NCBI RefSeq assembly: GCF_001997385.1
Contig: NZ_CP019633.1
Coordinates: 2,670,001 to 2,702,000, forward strand
DNA from: Sedimentisphaera cyanobacteriorum
Lineage (GTDB): Bacteria > Planctomycetota > Phycisphaerae > Sedimentisphaerales > Sedimentisphaeraceae
DNA length: 32,000 nt
Direction: 5' to 3'
Shown here: positions 23,834-32,000 of the stretch, in pieces
Layout: each line of letters opens with the position of its first letter
Position numbering within the stretch: the first letter of the stretch is position 1
The notes under the pieces: model-generated
The model's input: only the letters and a program-made list of their open reading frames with translations
The model's database searches: none
What the model was told of the DNA's origin: nothing
Position numbers and translations under genes: made by a program

Positions 23834-25042
23834 ATGGCAAAAGCAGTATTCGAAAGGACCAAACCGCACCTAAACATTGGTACAGTTGGTCACATTGACC
23901 ACGGTAAGACAACTCTTACAGCGGCAATCACAATGCGCATGGCGAACAATCGCGGCGAAGAGGGCAAAAGATTTGATGAAATCGACAATGCTCCCGAAGA
24001 GAAAGAGCGCGGTATTACTATTAACACCGCTCACGTAGAGTATGAAACAGACAAAAGGCACTATGCACACGTTGACTGTCCTGGACACGCCGACTATGTA
24101 AAGAACATGATTACTGGTGCTGCTCAGATGGACGGTGCTATTATGGTGGTAGCGGCTTCAGACGGCCCGATGCCTCAGACACGTGAGCACCTCCTGCTCG
24201 CACGTCAGGTAAACGTTCCCAGAATTGTTGTGTTTATGAACAAGGTAGATCAGGTGGATGACCCTGAGCTGCTCGAACTGGTAGAAATGGAAATTCGTGA
24301 GCTTCTCAGCAAGTACGAATTCCCGGGTGATGAAGTACCGATTGTTCAGGGTTCTGCTCTGAAGGCTATGGAATCAAACGGCAAGGATGACGATGCCTGT
24401 AAGTGCATTGATGATCTTATGGGTGCAGTTGACGACTACATCCCGGTACCTGAGCGTGCTGTAGATCAGAAATTCCTTATGCCTGTTGAAGACGTGTTCT
24501 CAATCAAAGGCCGCGGTACTGTAGGAACAGGCCGTGTAGAGCGCGGAGTTATCCACGTGAACGACGAAGTTGAGATCGTTGGCCTCGGCGAGACACGAAA
24601 GACAACCTGTACAGGTGTTGAGATGTTTAACAAGACACTTAACGAAGGTCAGGCTGGTGATAACGTTGGGCTTCTTCTTCGCGGCGTTGAAAAGAAAGAC
24701 CTCGTACGCGGTCAGGTGCTCGCTACTCCGAAGTCTATTACACCGCATACTAAATTCAAGTGTGAGGTTTATGTGCTTACTAAGGAAGAAGGCGGCCGTC
24801 ACAGTCCGTTCTTTGCAGGATACCGTCCTCAGTTCTATTTCCGTACTACTGACGTAACAGGCTCTGTAAACAAGATTATGAGCCGTGAAGGTAACGAAGC
24901 TGAGATGTGTATGCCGGGCGATAATATCGCTATGGAAGTTGAAATTATTGCACCTATCGCTATGGAAGATGGACTGCGCTTTGCTATTCGTGAAGGCGGA
25001 CATACCGTAGGCGCTGGTGTTGTTACCGAAATAATCGAGTAA
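23834..25042 (+). CDS. tuf: Translation elongation factor Tu
   Basis: [40 protein letters not shown] and the rest are unmistakably EF-Tu. 402 aa. Confidence 0.98.
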   Translation: MAKAVFERTKPHLNIGTVGHIDHGKTTLTAAITMRMANNRGEEGKRFDEIDNAPEEKERGITINTAHVEYETDKRHYAHVDCPGHADYVKNMITGAAQMDGAIMVVAASDGPMPQTREHLLLARQVNVPRIVVFMNKVDQVDDPELLELVEMEIRELLSKYEFPGDEVPIVQGSALKAMESNGKDDDACKCIDDLMGAVDDYIPVPERAVDQKFLMPVEDVFSIKGRGTVGTGRVERGVIHVNDEVEIVGLGETRKTTCTGVEMFNKTLNEGQAGDNVGLLLRGVEKKDLVRGQVLATPKSITPHTKFKCEVYVLTKEEGGRHSPFFAGYRPQFYFRTTDVTGSVNKIMSREGNEAEMCMPGDNIAMEVEIIAPIAMEDGLRFAIREGGHTVGAGVVTEIIE

Positions 25043-25061
25043 CCAGCTTAAGTTAATATCA

Positions 25062-25095
25062 GTCGGGCGGTCAAACCGGCCGTCCGGCTTTTTTT
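25062..25095 (+). terminator. Rho-independent terminator after tuf
   Basis: GTCGGGCGG-(9-nt loop)-CCGTCCGGC forms a 9-bp stem with two G-U pairs. Seven T residues follow (25089-25095). Confidence 0.75.
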
Positions 25096-25210
25096 ATCTC
25101 AAATTTTTTATTAGGATCTTTTCTGCCGCTGCGGGAACGTTTTCTCTTCAAATATCGGCGGAATTGTTTGCAGCCAGCTCTATTTTAGAGGCCAGTAAGA
25201 GGTAAAAAGA

Positions 25211-25378
25211 ATGGCAAAATCACTCAAAAGAGAACACGTTTGGTTTGAATGCAAAGATTGCGGTTCAAGGAATTATCGAACACCTGTAAATGTGGTGGGC
25301 GGTGTTCCTAAAATTGAGCTGAAAAAATACTGCAAAAATGAACGCAAGCATACTGTTCATAAGATCAGACGAAAATAA
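25211..25378 (+). CDS. rpmG: 50S ribosomal protein L33
   Basis: This 55-aa ORF is not in the supplied track: MAKSLKREHVWFECKDCGSRNYRTPVNVVGGVPKIELKKYCKNERKHTVHKIRRK. It fits the L33 pattern (CxxC..RNY...KYC...KHT.HK). AGAGG RBS upstream. The position between tuf and tRNA-Trp/secE is canonical. Confidence 0.85.
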   Translation: MAKSLKREHVWFECKDCGSRNYRTPVNVVGGVPKIELKKYCKNERKHTVHKIRRK

Positions 25379-25387
25379 AACGCGCTT

Positions 25388-25460
25388 AGGACACTAGCTC
25401 AATCGGCAGAGCATTGGTTTCCAAAACCAAAGGTTGGGGGTTCGATTCCCTCGTGTCCTG
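25388..25460 (+). tRNA. tRNA-Trp (anticodon CCA)
   Basis: Hand-folded cloverleaf: acceptor AGGACAC/GTGTCCT, D arm GCTC..GAGC, anticodon stem TTGGT/ACCAA with loop TTCCAAA, T arm GGGGG-TTCGATT-CCCTC, discriminator G. It sits in the canonical position before secE-nusG. Confidence 0.9.
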
Positions 25461-25502
25461 TTTATAATAAAAATGGCGCATAATATTTGGCAGAGGTAAT
25501 CC

Positions 25503-25892
25503 ATGCAGCTATATATATATAAAAGAGGACAGGGATATCATACTCGTTTATGGACAAGTCTTGCGTGTTTTGCGCTGGCCTGCTGGGGATGCTACAGGCT
25601 CAGCGAGATGCTTACAATGACAGAGAACCCGTGGATTGAGTATATGGTACCGGCAGCTTTGCTTGCGGGGCTGAGCTGGCTGATTTATTCTGTCCAGAAT
25701 AAACCAAGTTTTGCAGATTTCCTCATCGAATCAGAGGGAGAGCTCAAGAAGGTAAGCTGGTCTTCCAGAGCACAGATTATAGCTTCTACGATGATTGTGA
25801 TATCTGTAGTCGTGATAATCTCAATACTTCTTGGTGCTGTAGATGTTGGTTTCCGCTCTATGTTTGAGTATGTGTTCAAGATTTACTCGTAA
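25503..25892 (+). CDS. secE: Preprotein translocase subunit SecE (three-TM form)
   Basis: Three hydrophobic segments. The C-terminal region ESEGELKKVSWSSRAQIIASTMIVISVVVII matches the conserved SecE core. GAGG RBS upstream. Located directly upstream of nusG. Confidence 0.85.
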   Translation: MQLYIYKRGQGYHTRLWTSLACFALACWGCYRLSEMLTMTENPWIEYMVPAALLAGLSWLIYSVQNKPSFADFLIESEGELKKVSWSSRAQIIASTMIVISVVVIISILLGAVDVGFRSMFEYVFKIYS

Positions 25893-25906
25893 GTGAGGTC
25901 TGTTTT

Positions 25907-26458
25907 ATGCAGTGGTATGTGCTGAGGGTGGCCTCAAACAAGGAAAATTATGTCCGTGATACGATCGAGAAGAAAGTTAAGCTTGAACAGCTCGAGGAAT
26001 GTGTCGGACGGGTGGTAGTACCTACAGAGAGAAAAAGAGAACGCACCAAAGACGGTAAAGAGCGGATAAAAAAACAGAAGCTCTACCCGGGGTACGTTTT
26101 TATGGAGCTTGAGACTGATGAAAACGGCAGGATCCCCGAAAAGCCTTGGTTCTTGATTAAAGAAACCGGCGGGGTGGGCGATTTCATCGGCACTGAAGGC
26201 GTGCCTACTCCAATGCGTGATACAGAGGTGGCGAAGATGCTTCAGGAAGTTGAAAAACAGGAAACTGAAGAAGAGCCGGTTTTCAAACTCGAGTTCAGTG
26301 TTGGGGACTTAGTTAAGATTATAGACGGCGCTTTTGAAAATACCGAAGGTGTGGTTGACTCTGTAGATACCGAGCGCGGGGTTGTCAGGGTGATAGCTAA
26401 CGTTTTTGGCAGAAGTACTCCGATAGAAATTGAGTACTGGCAGATTGAAAAGGCTTAG
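25907..26458 (+). CDS. nusG: Transcription termination/antitermination factor NusG
   Basis: MQWYVLRVASNKEN is an NGN-domain start. The KOW motif GDLVKIIDGAFENTEGVV is present. Synteny secE-nusG-rplK. Confidence 0.95.
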   Translation: MQWYVLRVASNKENYVRDTIEKKVKLEQLEECVGRVVVPTERKRERTKDGKERIKKQKLYPGYVFMELETDENGRIPEKPWFLIKETGGVGDFIGTEGVPTPMRDTEVAKMLQEVEKQETEEEPVFKLEFSVGDLVKIIDGAFENTEGVVDSVDTERGVVRVIANVFGRSTPIEIEYWQIEKA

Positions 26459-26558
26459 CCGGATTTTGAGATTCACCACCGGCAGAGGCAGATTGCAGCC
26501 CTTCGGCGGGATAATTTGATAAAAATACTTTTTTACGAGTTTAAGAGGTTTATAAAAA

Positions 26559-26981
26559 ATGGCAAAAGAACTAACCGGACAGATTAAGCTTCAGGCACCG
26601 GGCGGTAAGGCAACACCCGCACCACCTATTGGCCCTGCGCTTGGTCAGCATGGTGTGAATATTGGCCAGTTCGTCCAGCAGTTTAACGACCAGACAGCTG
26701 AGCTTAACGGGATGACTGTTCCTGTTGTAATTAATGTTTACAACGACAGAAGCTTTGATTTCATAGTAAAAAGCCCGCCTGCCGCGGTTCTTCTTATGAA
26801 GGCAGCAGGATTGGACAAGGGAAGCGGTGAGCCGAATACAAACAAAGTCGGCACTGTTACCAAGGCTCAGATTCGTGAAATCTCTGAGATGAAAATGAAA
26901 GACCTTAACGCCTACAAGATCGAATCAGCAGACCTAATCATTGAGGGTACGGCGCGCAGTATGGGGATAGAGGTCTCATAA
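26559..26981 (+). CDS. rplK: 50S ribosomal protein L11
   Basis: [27 protein letters not shown] is the L11 signature. 140 aa. Confidence 0.97.
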   Translation: MAKELTGQIKLQAPGGKATPAPPIGPALGQHGVNIGQFVQQFNDQTAELNGMTVPVVINVYNDRSFDFIVKSPPAAVLLMKAAGLDKGSGEPNTNKVGTVTKAQIREISEMKMKDLNAYKIESADLIIEGTARSMGIEVS

Positions 26982-27049
26982 TAGTAATGTTTGCTTACCA
27001 CGGCTTCAGTGGGAGCGTTGACTAAGATTTAACGCGAAAGGATAATTGA

Positions 27050-27739
27050 ATGAATAAAAGCAGAAGATACCGCGAGGCAGCGGAAAAAGCGCCAAAACAG
27101 CCGCTTTCTGTGAAAGATGCGGTAGAGGTGCTCAAGGGTTTCTCTGCGACAAAGTTTGACCAGTCGGTTGATGTGGTTATGCATCTGGGGATTGATCCCC
27201 GCCAGTCTGATCAGCTTATCAGAGGATCGCTTTCCCTTCCAAACGGAATCGGGAAAACCAAAAAGGTAATTGCATTCTGCGAAGATACAGAAGCAGAAGA
27301 AGCAAAATCTGCCGGTGCTGTTGATGCCGGCGGTGATGAACTCGTAGAAAAGGTCTCAGGCGGATGGCTTGATTTTGACGTTGCCATAGCTTCGCCAAAG
27401 CTTATGAGCAAAGTCGGAAAGCTCGGCCGTGTACTCGGGCCTCAGGGGAAGATGCCTTCTCCTAAAAACGGCACGGTTACACCGGATGTCATTACTGCTG
27501 TGAAAGAGTTTTCTGCCGGTAAGGTGGAATTCAGAAACGACAGCGGCGGGAATGTGCATGCTTTGGTCGGGAAGCTGAGTTTCAATGAAAAAAAGCTCGT
27601 TGAGAATATTAAATATTTTATCGACCAGATAGATAAGATGAAGCCTGAATCGGTTAAGGGTACGTATATTAAGAAGGTATGCATCAGTTCAACAATGAGC
27701 CCTGGTGTTGAGATTGAGCTGAAAGGTGAAGAAAAATGA
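27050..27739 (+). CDS. rplA: 50S ribosomal protein L1
   Basis: 229 aa. FDQSVDVVMHLGIDPRQSDQLIRGSLSLPNGIGK and LGPQGKMPSPKNGTV are typical L1 motifs. Confidence 0.95.
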   Translation: MNKSRRYREAAEKAPKQPLSVKDAVEVLKGFSATKFDQSVDVVMHLGIDPRQSDQLIRGSLSLPNGIGKTKKVIAFCEDTEAEEAKSAGAVDAGGDELVEKVSGGWLDFDVAIASPKLMSKVGKLGRVLGPQGKMPSPKNGTVTPDVITAVKEFSAGKVEFRNDSGGNVHALVGKLSFNEKKLVENIKYFIDQIDKMKPESVKGTYIKKVCISSTMSPGVEIELKGEEK

Positions 27740-28266
27740 GTAAGTTTGTAAAACAATTACTTCAGAGAGAACTTGAAGCCCAGTTCAAGGATATTGATAA
27801 TTTTCTCGTAATCGGCATTGACGGAATCGGGGGAAACGACAACAACCAGATGCGTGCAGACCTTAGCGAGAAGGGAATGACAGTTAAGGTTGTTCGCAAC
27901 AGCCTTATGCGGAAGGTTCTAAGCGATGCCGGTAAGGAACAGGCCAAAGAGCTTTTCAAGTTGGGGCAGTGCACGGTTGCTTACGGAGGCGACAGCATTG
28001 TAGATGTTGCCAAGGAGATGGTAGCTCTCAAAAAGAAGCTAAAGGCTCTGGATCTGAAAGGGGCTTTTGTAGAAGGCAGTGTGGTCGGTTCTGAAGGCGT
28101 AACTGAGCTCTCAAAGATGCCGAATCGTGCAGAGCTGCAGGCGCAGATTGTTCAGATTTCTCAGACACCTGCTTCAAACGTTGCAGGAGCTGTTTCCAGC
28201 CCGGCTTCAAATATTGCAGGCTGCCTGAAAACCCTCATCGAGAAAAAAGAAGAGCAGGCTGCTTAG
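27736..28266 (+). CDS. rplJ: 50S ribosomal protein L10
   Basis: 176 aa. Position between rplA and rplL, with an L10-like N-terminal region. The start overlaps the rplA stop (ATGA). Confidence 0.9.
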   Translation: MSKFVKQLLQRELEAQFKDIDNFLVIGIDGIGGNDNNQMRADLSEKGMTVKVVRNSLMRKVLSDAGKEQAKELFKLGQCTVAYGGDSIVDVAKEMVALKKKLKALDLKGAFVEGSVVGSEGVTELSKMPNRAELQAQIVQISQTPASNVAGAVSSPASNIAGCLKTLIEKKEEQAA

Positions 28267-28403
28267 TCAGCCTTGAAAAGGATAATAAACAGAAGACAAT
28301 CTATTCAGTTATTACGGCATTTGTCGGTCGTCCCGAAAGGGTTAAACGCGGCGGCGTAGCTGCGGCAGCCGGCATAAGCGGGTAATAAAAGGAGATTAAT
28401 AAT

Positions 28404-28811
28404 ATGAGCGAAGAAGCAAAAACATTCAGCGACGATATCAAATCGATCGGCGACAGCATTGTAAATCTTACTCTTATGCAGGCAAAAGAGCTTGCTGATT
28501 ACCTCAAAGAAGAGTATGGAATCGAACCTGCAGCCGGCGGCGCAGTAATGATGGCAGGGCCAGCAGGCGGCGAAGGCGCCGGAGAAGAGGAAGAGGAAAA
28601 AACTTCTTTCGATGTTATCCTCGAAGCTGCAGGCGACAAGAAAATTGGTGTTATCAAGGAAGTTCGCGGAATTACCGGCCTCGGCCTGAAGGAAGCAAAA
28701 GAGCTAGTTGATAATGCACCTAAGCCGATAAAAGAAGGTGTCTCTAAAGAAGAGGCAGAAGAAATGAAAACGCAGCTTGAAGAAGCAGGCGCTACTATCA
28801 AGATCGACTAA
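28404..28811 (+). CDS. rplL: 50S ribosomal protein L7/L12
   Basis: AGGAG RBS. Ala/Gly/Glu-rich hinge, then [54 protein letters not shown]. Confidence 0.97.
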   Translation: MSEEAKTFSDDIKSIGDSIVNLTLMQAKELADYLKEEYGIEPAAGGAVMMAGPAGGEGAGEEEEEKTSFDVILEAAGDKKIGVIKEVRGITGLGLKEAKELVDNAPKPIKEGVSKEEAEEMKTQLEEAGATIKID

Positions 28812-28823
28812 AAACTTTCCAAC

Positions 28824-28897
28824 GGCTGCAAGGCAGCCTGATATCTTTGAAATTATAGTGGTGTCGGGTAGGAGAGATATTCTCCTTCCCGTACACC
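28824..28897 (+). terminator. Two hairpins in the rplL-rpoB spacer (likely partial terminator/attenuator)
   Basis: Hairpin 1: GGCTGC-AAG-GCAGCC at 28824-28838. Hairpin 2: GGTGTCGGGTAGGAGA-GATAT-TCTCCTTCCCGTACACC at about 28860-28897, with about 15 bp, one mismatch and one bulge. Hairpin 2 is followed by TTTATTGCGTTTA. Confidence 0.45.
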
Positions 28898-28975
28898 TTT
28901 ATTGCGTTTATATATGCCGGAGGTTTATTCCGGCAGACCCGTGCTTGCATTATCATAATTATGCGGAGAATTTGA

Positions 28976-31900
28976 ATGGGGCCAAGAGCAGTACGAAATT
29001 TTGGGAAAATCAACAAAACTATCCCTGTACCGGATCTAACAATGGTGCAGAGAGAGAGCTATAGGAGGTTCCTCCAGCTCGACAAGAATCCTGCGGAGAG
29101 AGAAGATTTCGGTTTGGAAGCCGTTTTCAGGGAGTCTTTTCCGATAGAAGGCCAGGAACTTACCCTTGAATATCTGCACTACGCCCTGGAGAGACCAAGG
29201 TACACGCCTTTGGAATGCAAGGGGCTGAAGCTTACTTACGGCTACCCTCTTCGAGTTACGTTCCGGCTGACCAACAAAAAGCTCGATGAAGTAACAGAGC
29301 AGGCTGTATTCCTCGGCGAGATGCCTGTAATGCTCGGCGGCGGTACTTTCATAGTAAACGGAGCTGAGAGGGTTATCGTCAATCAGCTTCACAGAGGCCC
29401 GGGTGTGGACTTTGGCATTGAAAGCAAAGAGGCAGACAGGGTTCTTCACGGAGGAAGGATTATTCCAGAAAGGGGAAGCTGGCTTGAGGTGAATGTTACC
29501 AAGAAAGACCAGCTGATTGTAAAGATAGACCAGTCCAACAAGCTCCCGGCAACTGTGCTTCTGCGTGCTATGGCTCCCGAATACGGAACTACAGCAGCAG
29601 TTATAAGACAGTTTTACGAGACAGAAGAAATATCTCCTGCCAAACTCGAGCCTACTATGTGGGCAGTGGGGCAGGTTGTAGATACTGAAACCGGAGAAAT
29701 CATTGTTGACTCCGGCCACCAGATAGGCGAGAGAGTAGGTCAGATACAAGGCAGCGGCATCGATAAGATTGAGGTAGTGAAAAACTTGAGCGATATGCTC
29801 ATACTCAACACTCTCGCTGAGGATGACTGCGAAACCTACGAACACGCCCTCATAAAGATATATTCAAAGCTGCGTCCCGGGAATCCTGCAAACGTTGAAA
29901 AGGCTGAGCAGCTATTCAACGAACGTTTTTACGATAAGAGCAGGTATCGCCTCGGGAAGGTGGGGCGCTTCCGCCTGAACAGAAAATTCGGTACTAATGT
30001 TTCCGAAGAACATCAGACAATAAGGCCTGAAGACTATATCAATGTAGTGAGCTATATCCTTAAGCTAAGGGCAAATCAGGGCGAAATCGACGATATCGAC
30101 CACCTTGGTAACCGCCGTGTCAGAACGGTGGGCGAGCTTGGCTCAGATGAAATCAGAAAGGGGCTCTTGAAGCTCCGCAGAACTGTTACAGACAGGATGA
30201 GCAGCAAGCAGGCCGAAGATATCAAGAAGATATCTGATATTGTAAACAGCAAGAGCGTTTCAAATCATATAGATGCCTTCTTCGGAAGAGGCGAGCTCAG
30301 TCAGGTAGTTGATCAGACAAACTGCCTAAGCCAGCTTACGCACGAAAGAAGGCTCTCAGCTCTCGGCCCGGGCGGTCTTAACAGAAAGCGTGCCGGCTTT
30401 GAAGTTAGAGACGTTCACATCTCCCACTACGGCAGGATTTGTCCTATTGAAACTCCTGAAGGAGCGAACATTGGTCTTATTTCCTCGCTAGGTGTATATT
30501 CAAGCCTCGATGAGTACGGCTTCCTCATGACGCCTTATATGAAGGTGAAAAACCGCAAGCTCACCGGAGACGTGGTAACTATGCGTGCGGATAATGAAGA
30601 TGAAGTAGTATGTGCCCCTCCAGCCGCCTTAGATCTTAAAGACCAGAAGAAGTTAAGGTCTGGTCCTGTGCTTGCACGTGAGAAGGGCGAGCTTACTCAG
30701 ATAGACAGTAAAGAAGTGGAATATCTCGATGTCTCCTCACAGCAGACTGTGGGTATCTCAGCCTCGCTTATCCCCTTCCTCGACCACGACGATGCAAACA
30801 GGGCTCTTATGGGCTCGAATATGATGAGGCAGGCAGTTCCGCTTCTTAAAACAGAAGCCCCGTTTGTGGGAACGGGTATGGAATATGAAGTTCCCAAAAA
30901 CACCCCTATGGTGGTAAAGGCTCGACGCAGCGGTGCTGTTACAGCAGTTGACGCTACGAAAATCGTTATCGACGACAGGGACGAATATCACCTGCGCAAA
31001 TACCGCGGTCTGAACGAGAGGACATGCCTGAACCAGAAACCTACAGTAACCCTTGGGGAGAAGGTTGAACAGGGGCAGATTATCGCAGACGGCGGCGGAA
31101 CCTGCAATGGCACGCTTGCTATCGGGAAAAACCTTCTCGTTGCCTTTATGCCTTTCGACGGATACAACTTCGAGGATGCTATTCTTATCAGCCAGAAGGT
31201 AGTAAAGGAAGACACTTTCACAAGTGTTCACATAGATGAGTTCGATGTAGAGGTTCGCGAAACAAAGCTGGGAAGAGAAGAGTTTACAAGAGATATCCCG
31301 AATGTGGGCGAGAAGATGCTCCGGAATCTTGATTCACGCGGCGTAATCCGCGAGGGAACTCGAGTTGGGCCGGGGGATCTGCTCGTGGGCAAGGTGTCTC
31401 CCAAGAGCAAAACTGAGCTCACTCCAGAAGAGAAGCTCTTACATGCGATCTTTGGACGCGCAGGCGAAGATGTGAAAAATGATTCGCTTGTTATGCCCAG
31501 CGGGCATGAAGGTGTTATTATCGGAACTAAGCATTTCCGCAGATACACAGCAACAAATGAAGCGGAAAAGAAAGAGCTTAACGCCAAGATTGAAAAGCTC
31601 AGGAAAGAAGCTTTAGGCAAGCAGATTCGTCTTTTCAGAAATATGATGGAAACTGTTTACAGTGAGCTGGGCGAGGTTGATGTTATAGACCCCGACACTC
31701 TCCAGAAGGCTGGTGTGAGCAAGGATGATGACGTTATCGCCGAGCAGATCGAAAGCTTCTCTCCAAGCTGGCTGAAGCAGAAGAATAAAAAGAAGAAATT
31801 CCAGGAAATCGTGGATATGTACTGGCCGCAGATTGTTGAAATCGGCCAGGAGCTCGAGAGAGTTACAGAGCATATGAAGCGGGGCGATGAGCTCCCCAAT

Positions 31901-32000
31901 GGTGTGCTCGAGAAGGTAAAGATTTACGTAGCTATGAAACGGCCGCTTTCTGTCGGTGATAAGATGGCCGGACGGCACGGTAATAAGGGAATTATCGCAA
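28976..32000 (+). CDS. rpoB: DNA-directed RNA polymerase subunit beta, 3'-partial (runs off the window)
   Basis: Not in the track because there is no stop in the window. ATG 28976 is preceded by an in-frame TGA and by GGAG 8 nt upstream. The translation MGPRAVRNFGKINKTIPVPDLTMVQRESYRRFLQ ... FIVNGAERVIVNQLHRGPGV ... GDKMAGRHGNKGIIA is diagnostic. The long minus-strand ORFs in this region are shadow ORFs. Confidence 0.97.
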   Translation, partial: MGPRAVRNFGKINKTIPVPDLTMVQRESYRRFLQLDKNPAEREDFGLEAVFRESFPIEGQELTLEYLHYALERPRYTPLECKGLKLTYGYPLRVTFRLTNKKLDEVTEQAVFLGEMPVMLGGGTFIVNGAERVIVNQLHRGPGVDFGIESKEADRVLHGGRIIPERGSWLEVNVTKKDQLIVKIDQSNKLPATVLLRAMAPEYGTTAAVIRQFYETEEISPAKLEPTMWAVGQVVDTETGEIIVDSGHQIGERVGQIQGSGIDKIEVVKNLSDMLILNTLAEDDCETYEHALIKIYSKLRPGNPANVEKAEQLFNERFYDKSRYRLGKVGRFRLNRKFGTNVSEEHQTIRPEDYINVVSYILKLRANQGEIDDIDHLGNRRVRTVGELGSDEIRKGLLKLRRTVTDRMSSKQAEDIKKISDIVNSKSVSNHIDAFFGRGELSQVVDQTNCLSQLTHERRLSALGPGGLNRKRAGFEVRDVHISHYGRICPIETPEGANIGLISSLGVYSSLDEYGFLMTPYMKVKNRKLTGDVVTMRADNEDEVVCAPPAALDLKDQKKLRSGPVLAREKGELTQIDSKEVEYLDVSSQQTVGISASLIPFLDHDDANRALMGSNMMRQAVPLLKTEAPFVGTGMEYEVPKNTPMVVKARRSGAVTAVDATKIVIDDRDEYHLRKYRGLNERTCLNQKPTVTLGEKVEQGQIIADGGGTCNGTLAIGKNLLVAFMPFDGYNFEDAILISQKVVKEDTFTSVHIDEFDVEVRETKLGREEFTRDIPNVGEKMLRNLDSRGVIREGTRVGPGDLLVGKVSPKSKTELTPEEKLLHAIFGRAGEDVKNDSLVMPSGHEGVIIGTKHFRRYTATNEAEKKELNAKIEKLRKEALGKQIRLFRNMMETVYSELGEVDVIDPDTLQKAGVSKDDDVIAEQIESFSPSWLKQKNKKKKFQEIVDMYWPQIVEIGQELERVTEHMKRGDELPNGVLEKVKIYVAMKRPLSVGDKMAGRHGNKGIIA

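Noticed and set aside
23545-23912. Track ORFs 23545-23766 (+) and 23676-23912 (-) around the tRNA-Thr gene.
   Set aside because: They overlap a clean tRNA cloverleaf and the tuf RBS and start. No coding signal is visible, so they are spurious.
25509-25522. A (TA)n run at the 5' end of secE (CTATATATATATAA) as a phase-variation tract. A similar run lies inside the GH92 gene near 19150.
   Set aside because: The runs are short (5-6 units) and lie inside an essential gene and an enzyme gene. There is no evidence of frameshifted variants, so they are most likely incidental.
26459-27049. Possible L1/L11 autoregulatory leader structures. One candidate is the GCCGG...CCGGC hairpin after nusG. Another is GGGAG...GACT before rplA.
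   Set aside because: These are only short, low-information matches. I cannot establish a conserved structure by eye, and covariance-model searches are needed.

Overview
All supported genes are on the + strand, and the window splits into two parts.

**Part 1 (about 1-23350): accessory glycan-utilisation locus.** It has the hallmarks of the PVC superphylum (Planctomycetota/Phycisphaerae, Kiritimatiellota, Lentisphaerota-like); this placement is an inference from protein architecture.
- A 5'-truncated URO-D/MtaA-like gene and an MFS sugar porter.
- A paralogous set of secreted, apparently non-catalytic proteins built from an NGDFE-type CBM-like jelly roll, FN3-like, Ig-like and LamG modules. They end either in a PEP-CTERM anchor or in a Cys-containing dockerin-like tail.
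- An orphan prepilin-type H-X9-DG pseudopilin.
- A GxGYxYP putative glycosidase with CBM, LamG and dockerin-like modules.
- A GH116-like enzyme with a PA14 tail.
- A 735-aa uncharacterised secreted protein, a possible new glycosidase.
- A GH92 alpha-mannosidase, a FucP-type MFS permease and a Zn-motif-less ROK-like kinase.
- A Tat-signal S1 sulfatase interrupted by one in-frame TGA at a position that is Cys in many homologues.

**Part 2 (about 23550-32000): core housekeeping cluster.** The order is tRNA-Thr(GGT), tuf, rpmG, tRNA-Trp(CCA), secE, nusG, rplK, rplA, rplJ, rplL and rpoB. rpmG is 55 aa and absent from the ORF track. rpoB runs off the 3' end and is also absent from the track.

No CRISPR array, transposase, integrase or recognisable defence genes are visible.

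**Items most worth follow-up:**
- The CBM/LamG/dockerin-like plus pseudopilin module, as a candidate undescribed surface glycan-capture system.
- The in-frame TGA sulfatase (pseudogene versus Sec recoding).
- The unknown 735-aa protein.
- A 14-nt motif shared by two intergenic regions.

All family assignments come from reading motifs by eye. No database search was run.
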